A stretch of 64,000 bases of DNA from Octopus vulgaris. Lineage: Eukaryota. The stretch lies in assembly GCA_951406725.2 (NCBI GenBank), contig OX597821.1, positions 2,542,001-2,606,000 on the forward strand, read 5' to 3'. Shown piece after piece: positions 56,100-64,000 of this stretch; position 1 is the stretch's first letter, and each line of letters starts with the position of its first letter. A model generated the notes under the pieces. The model was not told the origin of the DNA, did no database searches, and worked only from the letters and a program-made list of their open reading frames with translations. Position numbers and translations under genes: made by a program.

Positions 56100-56750
56100 G
56101 GAAGGCGCATAGCTCAGTGGTTAGAGCGTCGAGCTTACGATCTTGAGGTTGTGAGCTCGAATCCTGGACCGGGCTGCGTGTCGAATTCTTGAGCAAGACA
56201 CTTTATTTCACGTTGCTCCAGTTAACTCATCTGTAGAAATGAGTTGCGACGTCACGGGTGCCGAGCTGTATCGGCTGGTCTTCCATAAACAATCTTGCCC
56301 AGACTTGTGCCTGGGAGGGTAACTTTCTAGGTGCAATCCCATAGTCAGCGTCGTGAACAAAGGGGGTTCCGATTGTTTATAATACACCAAAGCACGATTT
56401 GAAAAATTGCATAAAGATTATATTCTATCCTGCATGACTCAATGGCGAGAGCGCTGTGCTCACAATCATGAGGTAGTGAGTTCGATTCCTGGGCCGGCTT
56501 CTGTGTCGTGTGCTTTTACAAGACACTTTATTTCATGTTGCTCCATTTCATTCAGTTATAGAAATGAGTTGCGCAGTCACTTGTGCCAAGCTATATCGGT
56601 CATTCCCTCGCGTAACATGGAGAGTGGAGGTCGATAAGCAAAGACGACTGCTAGTCCTCCATAATCAACCTTGCCCAGTCTTGTGCCTCGGAGGGGAACT
56701 TTCTTGGTGCCTCCTGTGGTCATTCATGTCCCTTGGGTGTCTTTATCCTT
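56100..56750 (+). mobile_element. Two tandem SINE family B-related copies
   Basis: Head GGCGCATAGCTCAGTGGTTAGAGCG...GAGCTCGAATCC; second copy from ~56440. Confidence 0.75.
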
Positions 56751-58064
56751 TAAAGAACTTAGATGAAATATTTTCAAATCGAACCATACTATAGTCTTTT
56801 AGTACCTAGCAGTATAATTTATAATGTAACAAATTTCTGATCAGATAAAATAACCAACTAGTTAAGGAACTGCATCGATGCAGATTCGATGGAAGGAATT
56901 TTCACGAAATTCTAATATTTCTGCCATCTCACTACCATAAAATAATTGCTTTTAATACAGTTTCAAGGTCGACTGGCTTGAGGGAAGGTATAATCCATTT
57001 TATTGACCGCAGTAATTGAGAAGTTCTTTATTTACGCGATAACCGAAGGACAGCGATGATATTTGATATCAAAGCGTTTATATGTATATATTATATAAAT
57101 AGGTTATATTCTGTTTCGAACGTAGTAGAATACAGTATAAAGCTCGTCCTATCTTCAGATTTCAGCCGGTGTTATCCACCATTAATATTATACATACTGC
57201 CATTTTTCTTTGCGTTGGAGCTTCTGTAGTGTGTGACTTGATAATTGAAGGTCAGCCAAGAGCAATGGCAAGTGTAAGCGACCACGAAGAATGAATTAGC
57301 AGTACAAAATAATAGAATGGCACTCTCATTAATATGAACCTCAGTACTTACCATCCGTAGCATAGCCACCCCACCACTCCATCGATAATTTCTCCAGCAA
57401 ATTCCTCAACAAGCATTGAAACATGAGACGCTTTTTGATACACTGGGTGGTTACTACTTCCTCGCAAGTCACGACAGACAGAAAGCATGGGCTCCGAGCC
57501 GAGAATCTTAGTTTACAGAACGCGGAAACAATATTTCTATATCACCTTACGAAACACAAGATCTCATAATGTAGGGAAACAGTTACATAAACAAATATCT
57601 GCGGACTTGCAGAAATGCAGTTGCGCGGAAACAATTGTAGTGTTTACAAAAAAGATGTTCCTCTATACTTCTTCTTGACTCCAACTTATTCAATTATGTT
57701 ATACGTATATATATTCCAACAGGATTGCCCAAATTAAAATGGCGTCAACTTTTTTCAAGCAAGCGCAATGCTTGTTGCCCATTCTATCCATCCTCTAGTT
57801 AAATCATGTTCACGTTACATCGGAATACGACGAGAAAAATGCTTCACTTCAATTGACCCGGATGTCATAAACAGCATGCCAAATCACAATTACAGAAAAC
57901 GATTTCATTACATTTCCTATGTAAAAAGATTTCATAACATTCCCTACAGAAACACTCCCAAAACATTCCGGATAAACCGCCTACACAGGATAGACATCTA
58001 CAAACAAAAGCTGTTTAATTGAATGTGCATGAGTACCTGTTTGTTTGTCTCTTTCCCTGTATGT

Positions 58065-58169
<105 letters not shown>

Positions 58170-58361
58170 TGAATGAATTATCCTATGTTTATCGTCAGCA
58201 TGGAAAATTCGTTGAAACGAAACCTGGGTAGCAAATTCACGTCAGAAACACGGTTGAAGTGACCTGTCCAAGGGTAGAAACTCCGGGTTCATGTGCAGAA
58301 ATTTGTGTGTTGTATATGAATAAATGAAAGAATGGAGTCAAACGAAGGTGTTAACAAAATT

Positions 58362-58454
58362 CCTTTACTCTCGACATATGTTTCGAAGACAACATGGTTT
58401 CATTCCAAAGGCATAAAGGGTGCATTATGCAATCTTCTCATCAGGAAAGAAAGG
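58362..58454 (-). ncRNA. Type I HHR in PLE 3' UTR (mirror copy 59058-59150, plus strand)
   Basis: cctttctttc-CTGATGA-gaagat...gtcttc-GAAA-catatg-TC-gagag(t)aaagg: ~10-bp stem I, 6-bp stem II, GUC cleavage triplet. Confidence 0.85.
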
Positions 58455-58725
58455 GAGCCTCTCTCGAAAAGAAGACAAACAAAAATTTCGATGACTGCCA
58501 ACATGGTAAACAAAACGATAATGAGTATTTTTAAAAACACCGTTAGAAGAATTGAGGTCAAAGATAGATAGTAGGAAGAGAAGGGTTAAAGGAATAATAG
58601 GTAGGGAACAAGTTGAGAGGGAAGGGTACGTTGATTGAAAGAATGTTCGAAGGCTTAGGAAAGAATTTCGCTATTGAAGTGCAGTGCACGTTAAGCTAAT
58701 TGTTCAAACCACAGTGACTATCGTT

Positions 58726-58971
58726 ATCATTTATATGAGTAGAAAGTATGTTTCTGCCAGTGTTTACATTTGTATGATTTTTCTATGAGTGTGTTTACAA
58801 GGGGAACCTTAGAGAAGATAAAATGGAAGAGTTCAGAGTTGCAAATATTACAAAATCTCCTGCCTTTATCAAAAGGAAAGGATACAGACAGTATGAACCA
58901 ATCTAACTTGAAATTTATATTGTTAACTTTAAGACGGCAAACTAATTTACTTAGCCCTGTACTATGTCGTT
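58726..58971 (-). pseudogene. Penelope-like GIY-YIG endonuclease C-terminus (5'-truncated, open to stop)
   Basis: Manual translation KRHSTGLSKLVCRLKVNNINFKLDWFILSVSFPFDKGRRFCNICNSELFHFIFSKVPLVNTLIEKSYKCKHWQKHTFYSYK* matches the PLE pattern ST.LS...W.LK...W.IL...PY....C.LC..E....LN.....KC.H. Confidence 0.82.
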
Positions 58972-59191
58972 TTATACTACTTTCTACTCATATAAATGAT
59001 AACGATAGTCACTGTGGTTTGAACAATTTTTGTTTGTCTTGTTGTCAAGAGAGGCTCCCTTTCCTTCCTGACGAGAAGATTGCATAATGCACCCTTTATG
59101 CCTTTGGAATGAAACCATGTTGTCTTCGAAACATATGTCGGGAGTAAAGGAATTTTGTTAACATCTTCGTTCGACTCCATTCTTTCATTTA

Positions 59192-59269
<78 letters not shown>

Positions 59270-60559
59270 TCCGTCAGGTGTTTCTCTTGTTTGCCAGGAA
59301 GGTTTAAATTTTAGTTTTGGAAATATGTCCTTTCTCCAGGGCTCTCACATCGTCTCCAAATATAACGAAATACTATTAAATGTGGCTTATTAAATGGAAA
59401 AAAATTAGTGTTTAGAAAATGTTATCAATATCAAGATATTTCCAGTTACCTAGAATAACTACAGTTTAAATATAAGAAGAGATACACTTACAATGAAATC
59501 CCTATAAATCTCATCTATCTACTTAAAAACATTTCTTCTGTGTCGCAATACACATTATATTGTGCGTTAATATCGCTTGATTAGTCAATCCGACTCTAAT
59601 TAAGTATTGGAGTTAACCTGCAATACTTAAACTAAACTGCACAGGGATTAAATAAGTTAAACTACTACAAATAATTCACTTTTGAGCTTTACATAAATCG
59701 CTACTTTCACTTTTTGGGCAGAGAATTTTGGACGTATATTTTTATTTGTGGTAGGACTTTAGCGCGACCTTTTCAATTTCAAGACAATTTTCTGCATTGC
59801 CTATGCAGAAAGAGTTGAACTATTTGCATACAAATGTGCAAAAATTTCGAATCCAGTTGTTTATATTTGAGTTTAAGCAATTTATTACACACACACACAC
59901 ATGTATGATCTTATATATGTATGTGTGTGGAAGTGAAATATTTTTCTGCATTCACGAAACCATTAAATTACAGATTTAATATGTTCACTTACCTCCTTCT
60001 AGTATCAAGAAATAATAGTCTTTTGTTGCTGCCATTTAATAGAATACATCCTGTTTATGGCATCAGGGAAATGCCGGAATTCAGACTATACCCGGACTGC
60101 AACAAATTCTTTAATGATTTCGAATAGCTATTTTAATTTTTTCCACTCAATGAAATGCGGAGGTAATCCCCTACTGATATCCAGGAATAAGATTCTTAAA
60201 ATATTTCATCGGATAAAACAGGGCGAATAATGACGTTTAAAATGGCTATACGGTAATCATAAAGCACTAATCGAAAATCGGTAAGAAAATGATTAGCTCC
60301 TAATGATATTTTTCGGGTATTTTCTTTTTCAAAAATATTAGTGATATAAACATTGTTTATTGAGATATAATATAATACATTTCTAATTCTTATACGTTAT
60401 GATTTTCAGAATTCGGTATTTTATTTATGCAATAACTTGTTAAGTTTATCCAAATATTTACATATGGGAATTACAGGGAAATATTTAAATAAAGACAGAT
60501 AATGAAAAGAGATGGGGAGAGGGAAAATGTAGATAAAGGACAAACGTAGCAACACAGTT

Positions 60560-61343
60560 GCTGGTATATGTTTCAACTTTTGGTACGAGACCGGCAGGTT
60601 TGGGGAGCGGTTTAATTTGAGTAGAACAACCGCAGTAATCAACTGGTATTTATTTTATCGACCCCAATTTGATAAAAGGCAAAGTCAACCTCAGAGGAAC
60701 TTGAACTCAGAAGGGAAAGAAGGATGAAATGCTGTTAAGCAATTCTCCCAATATGCTAACGATTCTGCCAACTCACCGTCTCACAGAGTTTTACTAATAT
60801 TCCTTTCTACTCTAGTTACAAGGCCCGAATTTTTTTTTGGGTGGTGAGGGGGTTGTGGCTCTGGATTAGTACGCAACTGATACTTAATTTATCGATCCCG
60901 AAAGGATAAGAGGCAAAGATGACCTCGGCGGAATTTGAAGTCTGAACGTAACGGCAGACGAAATACCGATAAGCATTTCACCCGCTGTGTTAACGTTTCA
61001 TTTTTTTTTATTGCCCACACGGGGATAAACATAGAGGGGACAAACAAGGACAAAGGGATTAAGTCGACCTCGGCGGAATTTGAACTCAGAATGTAACGGC
61101 AGACGAAATACCTATTTCTTTACTACCGACAAGGGGCTAAACACAGAGAGGACAAAGAAGGAAAGGCAAACGGTTTAAGTCGATTATATCGACCCCAGTG
61201 CGTAATGGTACTTAATTTATCGACCCCGAAAGGATGAAAGGCAAAGTCGACCTCGGCGGAATTTGAACTCAGAACGTAACGGCAGACGAAATACGGCTAC
61301 GCATTTCGCCCGGCGTGCTAACGTTTCTGCCAGCTCGCCGCCT
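60560..61343 (-). mobile_element. Multimeric SINE family C array
   Basis: Four copies of the GTCGACCTCGGCGGAATTTGAACTCAGAA block; minus head GGCGGCGAGCTGGCAGAAACGTTAGCACGCC. Confidence 0.8.
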
Positions 61344-62184
61344 TAGAGAATCACTATCAACATCAGTACTGGTGATGGAGGAGGACATCAAGGATAGTTG
61401 TTTTTAAGCAAACAGGAAAACAGTCGCTTCTAGAATCATGTACAGAAAACGGAACTTTTATCTAAGAAAAATTGCCGTAAGAAGAACGTTAAATGAGTAA
61501 TCACGTCGAATGATGCAACAAACGTTAAACGGAAGGTCAAACGAGGTAAAAAAAAAAACTCGTAATCTGGTTTATTACGAAAATTACATGTAGGGTGCGT
61601 TTACCAAAATATAAGCGATCGATGCAACTTTATTCTTCAAAGTGAGAATATTAAATTGTTTGTTCGGATCATTCATTCTGCAGTTTTCTTGATGAGCTAC
61701 CGCAGAAACTCACTCCTACGCGCACACACGTACTTCACTTAAACATACACGCACAAATACGCACACACACACAAACACGAACACACACACACACACATAT
61801 ATGTGTGTGTGTGTGTGTGTGTATGTGTGTGTGTATGCGTGTGGAGACAAGAAATTTCATATACAAATGTATCCAATTCTAAATTGAAACATAGATATAC
61901 ACATATATGTATATAAGAAGAGAAAAATAAAGAAAGCTGAAACATATTCGTGATTCTACCAGGCATTGCGTGCTTTGCGCATGCGTATACATGTATGAAA
62001 GTAAATGAAGCGGTTTGCATGGGTGTATGTGTATTTATATATGCAAACACATATGTCTATATATATTATATATATATATGTGCGTGTATATATATATTTG
62101 TGTATATACATGCATACTCATACACGCACATACACACACATATATTTACATATACCTACATATATATATATATATATATATGTT

Positions 62185-62215
<31 letters not shown>

Positions 62216-62275
62216 GCATGTATTATGTATGTATGTATATATACATGTATTATATATGTATATATATACATAAAC

Positions 62276-62381
<106 letters not shown>

Positions 62382-62932
62382 GTGTGTATGTAACTGTTGT
62401 GGTTAGTTTGTGTTTGCATGACTTCTTTTGAAAAGCCATCAATTGAGTATAGCCCGAAAAGAACTAATTTCCAACAAGATATTTAACAATTAGTCTTTTG
62501 TCACAGAACTTCTGTTGCACCTGAACCTACGTGCATTTCATTCAAAGACAGCGTTAAGATGGTGCCAGGAGACATGGCAAACAAACGCAAGTGGAATATG
62601 CCGCTCAAAACCAAATGTTGAAGTGTTTGATTTTCTGCACATTCAAGTAGCTTTCATTTTATCATACTTTTCTATAACTCTTCTTCTTTTCTCTAATTAT
62701 GACCCATTCACCTACCTTTGTAAAGCCATTTCTTTCCCAAACACCCAAACAATCATTCATTCTTTCTCTCTCATTCAATGCCATCTGATTTTTACTGCAC
62801 CGTTTTGTCTCTCATTAGCTCTGTCTGTCCTATCTGTCTCTTGTTCTCTCGCCCTCTTTCATTCTCTCCGTGCATATCATTCTTGTTATCTGAATAGTTC
62901 TTTCTATCAACCCGTCTCCATCTCTGATTTTA

Positions 62933-62936
<4 letters not shown>

Positions 62937-62986
<50 letters not shown>

Positions 62987-63124
62987 GTCCTTCCACCATC
63001 ACTCATGCTATCTTTCGCTTTCTCTTTTTATTCCTTCTCTATTTCTTTCTACTGAGCGATCTCATTCTCTCATTTTTCATCTCTTTCTCCCTCTCTCTTG
63101 CTCTTTTATCTATATCTCTCTCAC

Positions 63125-63160
<36 letters not shown>

Positions 63161-63242
63161 CTTTTCTCTCTCTCGCACTTTTCTCTATCTCGCATTTGTC
63201 TTTCTCTCTCGCACATTTCTCTCTCTCTCTCTCTCTCTCTCT
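62937..63242. repeat. (CT)n polypyrimidine tract
   Basis: Directly visible; explains the SL-repeat ORF 62515-63255. Confidence 0.9.
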
Positions 63243-64000
63243 TTACGCATCCTAGTCTCTGTCACCACCTCACTCTAACTCCGCTCTGTCTCGGATTATT
63301 TTTCTCTGTCTTGTTCTTTCAATTGAGCTGTTCCCCGCCTAGATATGTTTCTGTGTTTCATTCTATATCAGTGTCGTACGGACATTAATTCATCGAGTTT
63401 TTCAACGATCCATCTATTTCATAAGAGCTTCAGTCACACACACACACAACACACACACGCACACACACATACACACACACACATACACACACATGTTCAT
63501 CCCAAGATGCACCCAAGCAAATACGAGCGAACACATAATAAACACAAGATACAAAAATGAACACGCAGAAATGTTATTACAAAGACACAAGGGTATTAAA
63601 TATATATATAATGTACATATATATGAACAAAGCTAGCGGTTATAGTAAACGGCCAAGGGATTAAATATCCGTATATTCTATCAGTATCCTTTACCTGTAG
63701 TATCCCCGGGCGATGGGGTGCAGGCGATCCATACACATAGAGTGCAGATAACAAGAGGATTAACAATGCAAATAATTAGAAAACCACAGATTAACCCAGA
63801 CATCGATCGAACTACATTTATAGCTTATTTATTAATATAAAGCATGACATAACAAATCTTACAGCCGTTTCTAATCAGATTGCCAGAATATAGTCTATAC
63901 GTAAATGCGAGAATAAAACACAACATATTGGGCTTTTAGACTATTTGTCTAAGCCATGTTTTCTTTCCTTTTCTTTATATTGTATGCTCTTGTTTTTCAC

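Larger units (their letters stand above)
58313..59197. mobile_element. 5'-truncated Penelope-like retroelement with inverted terminal copy, in (TA)n
   Basis: 58978-59197 is the reverse complement of 58698-58748 joined to 58313-58488; both arms carry an HHR; endonuclease C-terminus lies between them. Confidence 0.88.

Noticed and set aside
62515-63255. 246-aa ORF
   Set aside because: Open because of the (CT)n/pyrimidine tract; low-complexity S/L/F translation.

Overview
AT-rich, microsatellite-dense eukaryotic DNA, intronic or intergenic. The SINE families and (TA)n density suggest a coleoid cephalopod such as Octopus; this is inferred from recalled repeat families, not from a search. Almost all listed ORFs are microsatellite artefacts. 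Real content: many tRNA-derived SINEs of three families, two full-length but dead mariners, Helitron, RTE, CR1/L2 and maT-like fragments, a gag-only 1.9-kb retroelement with a target-site duplication, and a few candidate minus-strand exons. The main signal is a dense, diverse set of short elements abutting (TA)n tracts. They carry type I hammerhead-ribozyme (HHR) motifs with self-complementary stem III and are often inserted as fold-back palindromes with sense and antisense copies. One is physically linked to a Penelope-like GIY-YIG endonuclease C-terminus. The set includes a G3-C8 core-swapped HHR, a 560-bp non-coding unit with tandem HHR motifs, and an unexplained conserved 3' hairpin (UGCUAUUUCUA...UCRGUWUGYG).
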